NCBI GenBank assembly: GCA_009914755.4
Contig: CP068257.2
Span: forward strand, 36,352,001-36,416,000
DNA length: 64,000 nucleotides
Direction: 5' to 3'
Source: the human T2T-CHM13v2.0 reference genome, Homo sapiens
Position 1 is the stretch's first letter, and each line of letters opens with the position of its first letter. Position numbers and translations under genes: made by a program. Below the pieces are notes generated by a model. That model ran no database searches. It was given only the letters and a program-made list of their open reading frames with translations, and had not been told where the DNA came from. Positions 42,181 through 55,726 of the stretch are shown here, piece after piece.

Positions 42181-42400
42181 GGACACAGGAAGGGGAACAT
42201 CACACACCGGGGACTGTTGTGGGGTGGGGGGAGAGGGGAGGGATAGCATTAGGAGATATACCTAATGCTAAATGACGAGTTAATGGGTGCAGCACACCAA
42301 CATGGCACATGTATACATATGTAACAAACCTGCACGTTGTGCACACATACCCTAAAACTTAAAGTATAATAATAATAAAATTAAAAAAAAAAGAAGAAGG
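42181..42400 (+). mobile_element. short 5'-truncated L1PA 3'-end insertion (~215 bp) with a poly-A
   Basis: 'gggaacatcacacaccggggactgttgtggggtgggggga.aggggagggatagcattaggagatatacctaatgctaaatgacgagttaatgggtgcagcacaccaacatggcacatgtatacatatgtaacaaacctgcacgttgtgcacacataccctaaaacttaaagtataataataataaaattaaaaaaaaaa' matches the young L1 3' UTR; about 17-bp TSD 'agaaggaacttttggaca' at about 42166-42186 and 42397-42413. Confidence 0.8.
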
Positions 42401-43149
42401 AACTTTTGGACAATAGGCGTTCTTCCATTATAGGATGAAAGGGTAGGTGGGGCTGGAAGTATACTCAGCAGTGGACACTCTTTTCCCCACAAGGAGCTTT
42501 TTTACTTTTAAAAACTAAAACTGAAATGAATTGTTATAAAATATCACATCATATTAAAATATAAAATATTTTATATTGAAACATATATTCAATATATCTT
42601 GGCACTCTGTATATGAAATATTATATCATACCTGATGATATCATAAAATATCATTTTAAATTATATTAATACAAGTTTGTTTTATAAAACCTAAAAAATA
42701 ACCAAGAAATAAAGCAGGGAAAAAAACCTTGATGACTGCTTCTCAGAAGCTTGCTTATACGATTTCCCCTTTTGAAAATTAAGTTTTTTTTCAGAATACT
42801 CTGTTTTCTTAGTTATCAATGTGTGAGTACAGGTCAAATGACTTATAATGAAAATTGTTAATATGGAAAGTTTTGTATTTCCTTAGGCTGAGTTTTTTTA
42901 ATAAATAAACTTAAAATTTGGAAGAGTTCTAGATTTACGGAAAAGTTGCAAAGAGAGTGTTGAGAGCTCCCCTTGGATCTCCCTCACCCAGGTTCTGTTC
43001 CCTTAATGTGACCGTCTTATGTCACCACAGGGCACTCGTTGAATCTGAGAAACCAAGCTTGTTGAAACTAAACTAAATGGGCTTCAGATATAGGTTTACC
43101 TTTGGATCACTGCAATATCTCCCTCCTCACCCATCTTTCAGATTAGTAA

Positions 43150-43415
<266 letters not shown>

Positions 43416-43425
43416 AGATTAGTAG

Positions 43426-43650
<225 letters not shown>

Positions 43651-46600
43651 CAGATTAGTAGTTTTTAAAGGTCTTATATCTCTCATTCTTGAATACAATA
43701 TAATTACCTAATTTAAATCACTTGTTTCAAATTTCTGGAACTCATTTTCGCTGCGAAAGAATACTAGCCATGATTATCAAATATGTGCTTTTATCTGTGG
43801 TAGTTTAAGCAGAATAACTAAGCAACAATACAATAGGCCCTCCTCCTGGGGTTACTGTGTAATCCACATATTGAGGTGCCCAACAAAACAGAGTCCTTAA
43901 ATGTCTTACAGTTATGGTTCTTTCTTTATTCTACATTTTTTAAAACGATGAAGAAGGAAGGCTGTATCAGAGTCCTGGTAGAAAACATGACACACTCAAG
44001 TGAAGCAACCGAGGACACGTTAAGACATTTATTCACAGAGCTACGGGCAAGTGGAAGGAGACTCTTGGGGTAGTGCAGTACTTTGGAGCTAGCAAGAGTG
44101 GGGAGCTGTTAGGATTCCTAGGCTTGGGAGGAGCAACTGCAAAAAATGATGGCAACATATATGCAAACAGACATCAACAGTTAGGTCTGTATTCTCAAAC
44201 AGACTTCAAAAGTAATTTAACACAATTGTTCGTGTGTCCTTCAGTCTAGACACTGTTATTCACATCAGCTGTGCAGGACTGAACAAAGAGAGAAATCAGA
44301 ACTTCTGGCAAAATAAAGGGATAACATGTCTCGTTCAACTTGAGAATCACAATTCCCCTGCTGTTTCTGGTAAATGCTATGCCTCATGGAAGCTGGTCAG
44401 AGCTTTGTCAGGCTTTCTAGAATTAGTATAGTCAGCATCTTTGCTGCAGAATAAGCTGTCCCTGCTTCATTATGCAAGCTGCACTGTGAATGTTTGCTGT
44501 GACGCTGCCGTCCTCAGTGCCTGATGCTGGTTTTGCATTTGAGTTTCATTCTTTTTCTGTATTCATGCGGTTGGGAGTTGTTTCCTGCATAACAGCACCA
44601 TTAACAGCTACACCTCATTTTCTATCAATTCCTTAAGATTTGGATGGAAGAAATTCCTAAATCACATTCCTTGTCAGACAGTTTGCATGTCAGTTTAAGG
44701 TCATTAAATCCACCATGATTTCTGAAATTTCTCTTTTGCTCTTCAGTTTGTGAACATGGATTTGTAAGTCACCATTCCAACCAGGATGCATACACTGAAA
44801 TGCATATCCAGATTAATAACAGGCTAGGAAGAATAATGAGTTCTCTCTCTCTTCATTCATTCACACATTTGTGTTTAGACAAAGACATTTTGGACCAAAT
44901 CATCTATAACTGACTGAAACTCCGTTTTGATTGTCTTAATAAGAAATGAATTTGTAGAACATTTTAAGGGCTTTATTAATAGGTTATAAGTTTACGATAA
45001 AAGCAAAATAACTTAAAATTTTTTAAAAGGTTGAAAAAGAATGTATTACTAGGCTTATAGGTTAGATAAATATGAAAATATGAAAAATTTGAAGAGATCA
45101 TATTCAAAATAAATTAAGAAACCAATTTTTATGTTAAATGATTAATAAATGAGTTGGTGTCTGTATGGGGGAGTTTTCTTTTGGTGTGCAATAGCGCTTG
45201 TCTTCAATATTATCAACAAATACTCTGGAAACAGGTATCAGTGACACCCAAAATATTACCAGCAGCAATAGTAAACATAAGTGACAGTGAGTAAGTGCTA
45301 ACCATGCCCCAGCTGTGTGCAGAGGACTCTGTAGGATGATCTCACTTAATACCCACAGAACATAGGTCTTGTAATGAACCTATTATTATCCAAGGGAATG
45401 GAGGCAAAGAACGGAAGTATACCCAAGATGGCAAAGGGTTGGAGCAAAAATCTGGACCCAGTTTTTCTGATTCCATTGCCCAGGCTCCTAACCACAAGAC
45501 TCTGCTCTTGCCCAGTGATTCAAATTCGTGCTTGCTTTGCAGCTGGGATCGAGGCAGGGGATGTCTGTGAGAATCTGGGCCACCCTGAATGAGAACAGGA
45601 ATCCTTCAAAATGAAACTTATCATGATTCACTACTTCATGAAGCTGCCCTGGCATCCTAAAACTCTCCTCGCAAATATAGAGAAGTGAGAAGTTTTTCAG
45701 CAATGACATCTACAAAAAAGACTAGAGGGTCTAATGATTAACATTTTTGAAATGAGTTCATTGTATGATTTGGCTGCTATAAGTGCTAGACAGCATATGG
45801 GAATGTGTTTTATAAGCCATAAGTCACTACAAAATGTCACATGTACGTATATGCTGTAATGATAGGTGTTGATTCTGCTATAAAGCTAGGGACCACATGT
45901 GGGAAAGTGTTCTGTAAATCATAAATTACTATACAATGTCAAATATGTATATGCATGTGCCATTGATAGATATTGACTCTCAGAAGAAGGAAATGAAGCA
46001 TGTCTTCTTGGGAAGGGAGGTTGGAGGGATTGATTGTCTCCTCTATGAGTCATCATCCCTATTTGTTTCTGAAAGATTTGGCGTGGTCTGTCTGGACATG
46101 AAGCATGGGGACAGAAAAGCAATAAGAAGGGAGGGAGAATCTCTCTCAACAGGTCTTGCTGAAGGCTGGCATCACACCCCAGGGGCCTAGGCAGTGTGTA
46201 AAGCTGATTTATTTCTCTGGTAAGTTGCTTTTATTCATAGATTGTTCTCTTGCTGAGTAATCCCTCAGTGGAGGTGATGTCTGTTACCACAGCTCATCAC
46301 TGACTCTTTCTGCAGACCTCAGGAGCCCTCAATCCCTGTGGCTTCTCTTGCCAAGGGCAATTTGTCCTAATGTCCCAATCAAACAGTGTTATGGTTCCCC
46401 GCAGGGCAGATGGACCCCCACCCAAAGTTTGTTTTGAATGCGCAGACAGAGGTGCACATAATCCAATCCATACACAATCCAAGAGGGCACGAAAAGCATT
46501 GCAACTTACATAATTGTGGTCTCTGGGGAGGGCAGAGTGGGCCTCTCAAACAGGCTAAAATGGCTTAGAGAATAGGAAAGGACACTGACCTGGTGGTTAA

Positions 46601-47522
46601 GGGATAGAGCAGGCTGAAAGAGCCCTCTAGTGAGCCAGTGGGCACATGCTTGCATGGTTTGAACCTCCGGGCAGTGCCAACAGAGGGAGGCCCCAGGCTT
46701 TCTTTGCAGCTTGTCCAGGTGTGGGGCACAAGGAAGAAGAAGGGGAAGCCCCAAAGCTAAAGCCAAGCAGACTCCTCATCTACCAGCAGGCTCTACACCA
46801 TGCATGCCAGGCAAGTGGTGGGATTCTTGCAGGTGACCTTTTCCTGGGCGGCAGGCCCATCCCGACACAGCCACCTTGCCTCAGAATCCTCTGGAAGAAG
46901 CCAGCCAGCTGGTCTTTAGAACCTTGGAAGTCTTAGGAAAAATCAGACCTATGTGTTGCCCCTTGTCCCTTGCCCTTTTTCTCTTGGTAAAGAAATTCTC
47001 TTCAAAGCCCTTCCTGTCTTCACACACACCCACCCTTGAACACCTGTGGTGACGAGGAACTCATGGGGATTGTATCTGCTTTTCATTTTGGGACTACATC
47101 TGTTGAGATTTGCTTCTTGGTCTGGCATTTTAGTTTGGAACTGCATAACTATTGTACCTTGGAGGAACATTTTAATATCCTGCTACAGTTGTTTACTTAT
47201 TACTTATTACTGGCTTCTTGCTTATTACATAATTTATCCTTCAATTACTTCTCAAAGGGATTAGAGAAGATTGACAACATGGAAATTCATATGCTGTCAT
47301 CCAGTTTCAAGTACAGTCAGCATTCTCCTCCCAGTGGGAAATGGCTTTGATGTTCCTCATGGTTTCTCAAAGACACCAATGGATGTACTCAAGAGGGTGA
47401 TAACTATGTCTATGGTAAATATATTTCTTAAAGCTTTATTTAAAATGAATTATTTTTAATCAGGTAACTTAGGTATATTCCAGTATCATCAATAGAGCTT
47501 TTTCTCTGTGTGTGGTTTTCCT

Positions 47523-47680
47523 TTTGTTTTGTTTTGTTTCTTTTTTAAGAGATAGGATCTCGCTCTATTACCCAGGCTGGAGTGCAGTGGTGCAATCCTA
47601 GCTCACTGCAGCCTCAAACTCCTTGGCTCAAGCAATCCTCTCAACTCAGCCTCTCAAAAGTAGCTGGGACTAGAGGTGCA
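47523..47680 (-). mobile_element. Alu right-arm fragment (reverse) with a T-rich tail
   Basis: 'gagataggatctcgctctattacccaggctggagtgcagtggtgcaatcctagctcactgcagcctcaaactcc.tggctcaagcaatcctc...gcctc.caaagtagctgggacta.aggtgc'. Confidence 0.7.
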
Positions 47681-48166
47681 AGCCGCTGCACTTGGTAAAC
47701 AGAGCATTTTTTTTTTTTAAGAAAAAAATTGATGTGCCTGGATCCACCCTCAGGTATTCTATTTTAGTAGGTATGGAATATATCTAGTATATCTAGGTAT
47801 TTTCATTGACCATCAAAAGCTGCACAGGTGATTCTGATGCATGCCCTGGTTCAAACCTATCCCTCCCCAAACCATAACTTATCTAATTAGTCTATCTCTG
47901 CAGATCCAATCTTCTTTACCTTTTTTGTTTTTAAATCTAGAATTCTACAAATAAATGAAACATTTCTCAGCGTGTCTTACCCATGCTGGACAATATGTCT
48001 CAGTTATTTCACTATTTGTCTCAGGGAAAGGTTTTCTGATGATGGCAAATAGAATAGGGAATCTCACAGTATGAGTAGGATAGAAGTATTGAGCCGCAAG
48101 GGAGTGCCCTATTTTGTATATGTCTGTCCTTATCTTCCAATTCTAATGAAAAATGCCCTGCCCCTC

Positions 48167-48529
48167 TGATATGGTTTGGCTCTGTGTCCTCACCCAAATC
48201 TCATCTTGTAGCTCCCATAATTCTCACGTGTTGTGAGAGGGAGCCGGTGGGAGATGATTGAATCATGGGGGAATTCTTTCCCATGCTTTTCTCATGATAG
48301 TGAATGGGTCTCACAAGGCACGATTGTTTTAAAAACAGGAGTTTCTCTGCACAAGCTCTTTTTGCCTGCTGCCATCTACTTAAGATGTAACTTGCTCCTC
48401 CTTGCCTTCTGCCGTGGTTGTTAGGCCTCCCCAGCCATTTGGATCTGTAAGTCCAATAAACCTCTTTCTTTTGTAAATTGCCCAGTCTAAGGTATGTCTT
48501 TATCAGCAGCATGAGAACAGACTAATACA
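48167..48529 (+). mobile_element. THE1-class 5' LTR
   Basis: see the parent element; the two LTRs differ by roughly 10-15% plus an indel block, consistent with an old insertion. Confidence 0.85.
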
Positions 48530-50094
48530 GTAAATTACTACCAGTAGAGTGGGGCATTGCTGAAAAGATACCCAAAAATGTGGAAACGACTTTGGAATTG
48601 GGTAACAGGCAGAGGTTAGAACAGATTGGAGGGCTAAGAAGAAGACAGGAAATTGTGGAAATGTTTGGAACTTCCTAGAGGCTTGTTGAATGGCTTTGAC
48701 CAAAATGCTGATAATAATATGAACAATGAAATCCAGGCTGAGGTGGTCTCAGATGGAGATGAGGAACTTGTTGGGAACTGGAGCAAAGGTGATTGTTATG
48801 TTTTAGCAAAGAGACTGGTGGCATTTTTCCCCTACCCTAGAGATTTGTGGAACTTTGAACTTGAGAGAGATGATTTAGGGCATCTGGTGGAAGAAATTTC
48901 TAAGCAGCAGAGCATTCAAGATGTGACTTGGGTGCTGTTAAAGGCATTCAGTTTTATAAAGGAAGCAGAGCATAAAAGTTCAGAAAATTTGCAGTCTGAC
49001 AATGCAATAGAAAAAAAAAATTCATTTTCTGAGGAGAAATCCAAATCAGCTGCAGAAATTTGTGTAATGAGCAGCCAAATGTTAATCCCCAAGACCATGC
49101 GGAAAATGTCTCTAGGCCATGTCAGAGATCTTCATGGCAGCCCCTCTCATCACAGGCCTGGAGGCCTAGAAGGAAAAAGTGATTTTGTGGGCTGGGCCCA
49201 GGGTCCCCATGCTGTGTGCAGCCTAGGGATTTGGTGCCCTGCATCCCAGCCGCTCCAGCTGTGGCTGAAAGGGGCCAATGTAGAGCTCAGGCTGTGGCTT
49301 CCGTGGATGCAAGCCCCAAGCCTTGGCAGTGTGGTGTTGAGCCTGCAGGTGCACAGAAGTCAAGAACTGAGGTTTGGACACCTCTGCCTAGATTTCACAG
49401 GATGTAGGGAAATGCCTGGATGTCCAGGCAGAATTTTGCTGCAGGGGCAGGACCCTCATGGAAAACCTCTACTAGGGCAGTGCAGAAGGGAAATGTGGGG
49501 TTGAAGCCCCCACACAGAGTCCCTACTGGGGCACCACCTTGTGCAGCTGTGAGAAGAGGGCCACCATCTTCCAGACCCCAGAATGGTAGATCCACTGACA
49601 GGTTGCACTGTGCACCTGGAAAAACTACAGACATTCAACACCAGCATGAAAGCAGCTGGGAGGGAGGCTGTACCCTGCAGAGCCACAGGGGCAGAGCTGT
49701 CCAAGACCATGGGAACCCACCTTTTGCATCAGCATGACCCAGATGTGAGACGTGGAGTCAAAGGAGATCATTTTGGAGCTTTAAGATTTGACTGCCCTGC
49801 TGGATTTCAGATTTGCATGGGGCCTGTAGCCCCTTTGTTTTTGCCAATTTCTCCCATTTGGAATGGCTGTATTTACCCAATGGCTGTACCCCCATTGCAT
49901 CTAGGAAGTGACTAAGTTGCTTTTGATTTTACAGGCTCATAGGTGGAAGGGACTTGCCTTGTCTCAGATGAGACTTTGGACTGTGGACTTTTGAGTTAAT
50001 GCTGAAATGAATTAAGACTTTGGGGGACTGTTGGGAAGGCATAATTGGTTTTGAAATGTGAAGATATGAGATTTGGGAGGGGCCAGGGGTGGAA

Positions 50095-50434
50095 TGATAT
50101 GATTTGGCTCTGTGTCCCCACCCAAATCTCATCTTGTAGCTTCCATAATTACCACATGTTGTGAGAGGAACCCAGTGAGAGATGATTGAATCATGGGGGT
50201 GGGTCTTTCCTGTGCTGTTCTCATGCTAGTGAATGGATTTCATGAGATCTGATGGTTTTAAAAATGGGAGTTTCTCTGCATAAGCTCTCTTTTTGCCTGC
50301 TGCCATCTTGCCTTCCATCATGATTGTGAGGCCTCCCCAGCCATGTAGAACTGTAAGTCTAATAAACCTCTTTCTTTTGTAAATTGCCCAGTCTTGGGTA
50401 TGTATTTGTCAGCATGTAAAAACAGACTAATACA
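50095..50434 (+). mobile_element. THE1-class 3' LTR
   Basis: see the parent element. Confidence 0.85.
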
Positions 50435-52043
50435 CCTTCCCTCCAATGGCTTTATTTCCATATTTTGCTGGACCAATTTTCACCTTCATTTTTAACTCCC
50501 TCATTTGTTTTGTCTTGCAAGCTTAACTAAGGTTTGAGGTGGGCAGACATTTCTGAAGACAGTGATCTCTTTTTAATGACATGCCACAGTTGGAAGCTAC
50601 CTTGTTAGGAAGTACAAAACTGGGAGGCATTTGTCTTACACTTTCATCTGGTAAAGTGATTCAAAGACCAATTCAAACTTCGTTGAAATTATAGTAACAT
50701 TTTAGAAAATGACACACACAAACCCAAATGGCACATGCAAATGCAAACCTTAGCATGCAGAATCCTTGGAATTGCCAAATGTTCACCAAATGAGGTGTAC
50801 ATTTCTGTGAGTATAATGGATAGCATTAAAGATTAAGAATGCTGGAAACTCTGTGTTGGATTAATGTCCAGAAACTTCTGATTAGTTTTAAACACAGTAA
50901 CTTAGAACACAACAGCTTTCCCCTTTTTATTTTTATTATGCCAGAAATTGTGTGGTAAAGTTTTCACTGTAGAAAAAAATTAGAAAACATTAAAATATCA
51001 CAAGCCTGCCTCAATGTCACCACCCACTAATAAGCAATATAAATAATTTGGTTTATATTTCCATAAAATTAGTTAAAAGGGTATCATGTTATATACTATT
51101 TTTAGCTGTTTAGCTCAGTGATGAAAATACCATAGAACTTTTCTTTTAAAATAGATAATAGTTCAGGGTTTATTAATTGAGCATCTTCTGTATATCAGGC
51201 ATTTGAGGTATTGGGATAGAGTGGGGAGCTCACAGAACTTTCAGTTGAGTGGAGGAGTTAGTCATTAATGAAGACACATGCAGGGTGTGAGGAGAGGCTG
51301 AAATGGGGCTGGGGTTGGTTTAATTTGAAGGTCAAGAAGGAACTACAGGAAGAAGGGACATTTGAGCTGATATCTGAGGAATGAGAGAGAGATAGCAGGG
51401 AAACAGCTGGTCTGTCCAGACATGATAATCTCATATTTATTCCATGTTTTAGGTGCAGCTTCAAACTTACCATCTTAGCATTGTAAGAAGCCTCCCCTTC
51501 TGCCTCTCCTGCCCCTCTACCTTACCTTGTGGCTCTTTTCTTGGGTCAGGAGCCTGGAGGTCTGGGAGTCCAGCTCTGAGCCTGCTCCCTGCTCATACCT
51601 GCTGTTTCTCTCTTCTGTTACACATCCTTCTCTCTCTGACTCAGCTAGGTCCAATACTAGGTCTTTTCTCAATAGGAGAATCGTGTATTAGGAGAGAAAT
51701 TTTCTATTCTTATCACCAATTACAAGATGCCAAGAAAAGCTTATTCAATAAAATATGTGGTGCAATTGTGAGATTCCCTTCATTGCAGGTGAGAATATTC
51801 TTCCAACAGAGTTGAGGTCAAATTCTCCCAGCAGTTACCGGGTGACTCTGTCATTGTGAGCACAATGTAAGTAAGCAAGAAGTTGGGTTTTCCAGGCCCT
51901 ACAGTATGCATCTGAATAGCACTCATCACACGGTTTGGGGGAACCAGTCTCTTCCTCTTTACTAGAGGTGTAACTAGGGCAGGTTATTGAAACTCTGCTA
52001 ACCTCAGTTTTCTCACTGATAAATGTCCTAATAAGCTCAGACT

Positions 52044-52406
52044 ACTATAACAGAATACCACATACTTTGTGGCTTAAACAAGAGAAATTTATTTTCTCAC
52101 AGTTCTGGAGGCTGGATGTCCAAAATAATGGGTGCTGGCTGATTCAGCTTGTGGTGAGGGCTCTCCTCCTAGCTTGCAGACCGCCACCTTCCCATTGTAT
52201 CCTCACATATGGTGAAGAGGGAGGGAGCTCTGGTCTCTGTTCCTCTTCTTACAGGGATGTTAATCCCATTATAGAGACCCCCACTCTCATGACCTCATCT
52301 AACTTTATCAGCCTCCCAAAGGCCTCACCACGCAAATACCATCACATTGGGGGTAAGTGCTTCAACATATGAATTTGGGGGGAACACAAATATTGAGTCC
52401 ATAACA
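52044..52406 (+). mobile_element. MLT1-class MaLR LTR
   Basis: 'tttgtggcttaaacaagagaaatttattttctcacagttctggaggctggatgtccaaaataatgggtgctggc...cttcaacatatgaatttggggggaacacaaatattgagtccataaca' matches the MLT1 start and end. Confidence 0.6.
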
Positions 52407-53119
52407 ATACAGTAGGGATGATGACACTGTTGTTGGCTTCTGTTGTTTTTGTCTGCTCAGCATCCCTTTCCTTGAGAAGCAGCCATGCACCATCTGGTGC
52501 TGGGGAGAGGCACTGCCAATGCCACAAGTCCCACCTCTCTGGTCATGGAGGGGGCCATGAAATTCAGGCCCAGCCAGTGATAGTGACCTATCCTTTTAGC
52601 CTCAGAGTCAGGCTCAAGGTTGTGAATGTGACTCAAATAAGGTCAATCAATCCTTCTCTGGGGTCTTATTTACAGATGATGAGCGAGACCCTGACTCTTT
52701 CCTAGGCCCATGAGCTAAAAAAAACTATGGGCAGCCATGGTCTCCATCGCACAGGAGAGATCTTGTCTGTAACAGGAAAGAATAAACCAAAAAGAGCTGA
52801 GAATAAGGGGATCAGGGAGAGAGGAAGGGGCCCGTAACAGTGGAGGAGACACCCACCCTTGTCATCCCTGAGGTTAACTTCACCCTTAGACTTCCCTGTG
52901 ATGCTTCTTTAGCATTCCTTTTCATTGGCATTAGTTTTGGTTGTGTTTTCATCGATTGGAACTTAAAAAGTTCTGGCTAAATAAAATATTGACTTTATAG
53001 AGTTGTGAAAATTAAATTTTGTATTATGTTAAGGGCTTCATTATCAGAGCCTCTGGAAAATGGAAAGTACTTAATAACTTATGGCTAATTGTATTGGTGG
53101 CCCTTCTCTCTGTTTTTCT

Positions 53120-53240
53120 GGAACCTGGTTAGTAAACGGTGGTCCCTGTGGTCCAGTGGCATTGGCATCTCCCAGGAGCCAATTAGAAATGCTGAATCTC
53201 AGACCTCACCTAAAATCTGCTCAATCAGAATACGCATTTG
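53120..53240 (+). mobile_element. MER5-like hAT DNA-transposon fragment
   Basis: 'cggtggtccctgtggtccagtggcattggcatctcccaggagccaattagaaatgctgaatctcagacctcacctaaaatctgctcaatcagaat' resembles the MER5 consensus ('...ctgtggtcccc.gaccagcagcatcagcatcacctgggaacttgttagaaatgcaaattctcaggccccaccccagacctactgaatcagaaact'). Confidence 0.5.
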
Positions 53241-53279
53241 GCAATGTCCATGCATGAATTGTATGCACATAAAGTATAA

Positions 53280-53622
53280 AAAGTACTGGCCTAACACCAA
53301 AAGCACAGGCAAGAAAAATAAAAATAGACAAATTAGACTCCATCAAAATTTAAAACTTCTGTGCATCAAAGTGCATAGAGTGAAAGGAAAATCATGTATC
53401 TGACAAGGCGTTAAAATCCAGAATATATAAGGAATGTCTACAACTCAACAGCAGCAAAACCCAAGTAACCCAATTAAAAATGGGCAAAGGACTTGAATTT
53501 CTCCAAAGATGATATAAAAATGGCAATAAACACAGGAAAAAATGCTCCACATCACTAATCACTAGGGGAATGCAAATCAAAACCACAATGAGATATTGCC
53601 TATAACCATTAGGATGGCTATG

Positions 53623-53661
<39 letters not shown>

Positions 53662-54330
53662 GCAAGTGTTGGTATAGATATGGAGAAATTGAAATGCTTG
53701 TGCAGTGTTGGTGGAAATGTTAAATGGTGCAGCTGCTATGGAAAATGTATGAGGTTTCCCCTAAAAATTAAAAATAAAATTACCATATAATCTAGCAATT
53801 CCACTTCTGGATATATAATGAATATAATTGAAAACAGGATGTCAGTGAGATATGTGCTTGCCCATGTTCATAGCAGCAATATTCCAAGTAGCCAAGAGGT
53901 GAAAGCAATGCCAGTGTCCACTGATGGATGCATGGATAAACAAGATGTGGTATATCCATACAATGAAATATTGTTTAGCCTTAAAAAGGAGGAAAATTCT
54001 AATACATCCTACAACATTAATAAACCTTGAGGACATTATACTAAGTTAAATAAGCCAGTCATAAACAGACAAATACTATATAAGTTCACTTATGTGGGGT
54101 ATCTAAGGTAGTCGAATTCATAAAACCAGAAAGTAGAATGGGGCTGTGGGGGTGGTGATGGGGGAATGGGGAGTTGTTCAATGGGCAAAGAGTTTTAGTC
54201 TTGCAAGATGAGAAGTTCTGGGGATTTGTCTCACAACAACGTGAATATACTTAACATGACTGAATTGTGCACTTGGAAATGGTTAACACTGTAAATTATG
54301 TTATGTACGTTTTACTAAATAAAAAAGAAA
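53280..54330 (+). mobile_element. L1M-class L1 3' end (ORF2 C-terminus plus 3' UTR) containing an internal (CA)n
   Basis: 'aatttaaaacttctgtgcatcaaag...aatccagaatatataaggaatgtctacaactcaacagcagcaaaacccaagtaacccaattaaaaatgggcaaaggacttgaatttctccaaagatgatataaaaatggcaataaacacaggaaaaaatgctccacatcactaatcactaggggaatgcaaatcaaaaccacaatgagatattgcct...gtggtatatccatacaatgaaatattgtttagccttaaaaaggaggaaaattct...ttgtgcacttggaaatggttaacactgtaaattatgttatgtacgttttactaaataaaaaag'. Confidence 0.75.
53624..53660. repeat. (CA)n microsatellite, about 18 units, inside the L1M
   Basis: visible directly. Confidence 0.95.
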
Positions 54331-54337
54331 TAAGACG

Positions 54338-54637
54338 GGCTGGGCGCGATGGCTCACGCCTGTAATCCCAGCACTTTGGGAGGCTGATGTGGGTGGATCA
54401 TGAGGTCAGGAGATCAAGACCATCCTGGCTAACATAGTGAAACCCTGTCTCTACTAAAAGTACAAAAAATTAGTTGGGCGTGGTGGCATGCACTTATAGT
54501 CCCAGCTACTCAGGAGGCTGAAGCAGGAGAATCACTTGAACCCAGGAGGCGGAGGTTGCAGTGAGCCAAGATTGTGCCACTGCACTCCAGCCTGGGTGAC
54601 AGAGCGAGACTCCGTCTCAACAAAAAAAAAAAAAAAG
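54338..54637 (+). mobile_element. AluS-like SINE with a 15-nt A tail followed by (GAAA)n
   Basis: full Alu; TSD 'aagaaataagac' (54325-54336) and (54651-54662). Confidence 0.9.
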
Positions 54638-55726
54638 AAAGGAAGAAAGAAAGAAATAAGACAAATGTAAACAAAACAAGAAAAACACTGACCTGCTACA
54701 CTGGGGTTCTTTGATAGAAAAGTCTGAAAATATGAGATGTTACAAGTGGATGGCTTCCTAATTCCAAGTAGAAACACTCAGATGTGTACCGTGGAAGTCA
54801 GAAAGTCAATGAGATAAACAGACTTCACAAACAAGTTTAAAAAGAGTTGGTGGCGTGAATGTCACTGGCGAAGATTTTACAACTAGCAGTCTTCGTCTGT
54901 CGCCTGGCTTTCACAGAACTTAAAAAAAGCCTCATAATTTAAGTTTGACTTGTCTCTTCGATCACTGTTACCGTGTTCTTTATAGTAAATGTAGTCAGGA
55001 TTCTTTTGTACCCTAACTAGGGCAAGTTTGTTTTTGGAATAAATGCAGCCCTCAAAATACAGAAGAACTCTGTTCCAGAAAAATTTATTTCTAGGTCAGT
55101 TGAATACAAGTTTGAACTCATTTGTAGTTGAAAACAACGCTAGAAATAGTCTTTAAGTTATTAGATGTGTACACAAATCTTACAACATAAAAGTGCTTAA
55201 GATGAATTTCACTCACAGCCAGTGACCACTTCTAACAGCAGAACTTTTTGCAGTTCGGAGAAGGAGACCTGAGACACATTTACCCTTCCTCAACCACCCA
55301 GAGGGGATTGTTTGTTAGGAGGCTGCCAAGGTATAGCCCAGGGGGTTGGAGATGACCTGATGTCATGCTGCCTCCAGCACAGTTGGATTTTGGTCCTTGG
55401 CTTTTCCCTAGTGTCATTAAACACATCCCCTAAGAAAAATGCTCACTCTTTGGCCTTTGGTCATCACTGATGAGTTCTAGATCTCTCTATCAGAAGTCTA
55501 CAGGCATCATAATTAGCTAGAAAGGGTTCTAAGCCTAAGACTCCTCCCTCTTTCTAGGATTCTGTTCAATGCAGTGTAGCCATGAAGATTCTCTCTTTCA
55601 AAAGAGACCTCACTATTCTGTCAATGGCTGGGCAAGTGCCCAAAGCCTACCCAAATGGAAGGCTTCTGAGAAGCCTGGGTGGAGAACACAGATTTGCCCA
55701 GTGCTCAGAGCTTCTGTGGGAGGCTG

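Larger units (their letters stand above)
48167..50434 (+). mobile_element. complete THE1-class MaLR retrotransposon (LTR-internal-LTR, about 2.27 kb)
   Basis: 5' LTR 48167-48529 and 3' LTR 50095-50434 both start 'tgatatg.tttggctctgtgtcc.cacccaaatctcatcttgtagct.ccataatt' and end 'gtaaattgcccagtct..ggtatgt.tttatcagca...aacagactaataca'; the internal region 48530-50094 matches the THE1-int consensus from memory ('...gagtgggg.attgctg.aaagatacccaaaaatgtggaa.cgactttggaattgggtaacaggcagaggtt.gaacag.ttggagggct.agaagaagacaggaaa...'); 5-bp flanks 'ccctc' and 'ccttc'. Confidence 0.85.

Noticed and set aside
48653-49504. 283-aa ORF on the + strand, the longest in the window
   Set aside because: It lies wholly inside the internal region of a THE1-class MaLR element, which is non-coding and lacks gag/pol. 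The reading frame is an accidental open stretch of a repeat consensus.
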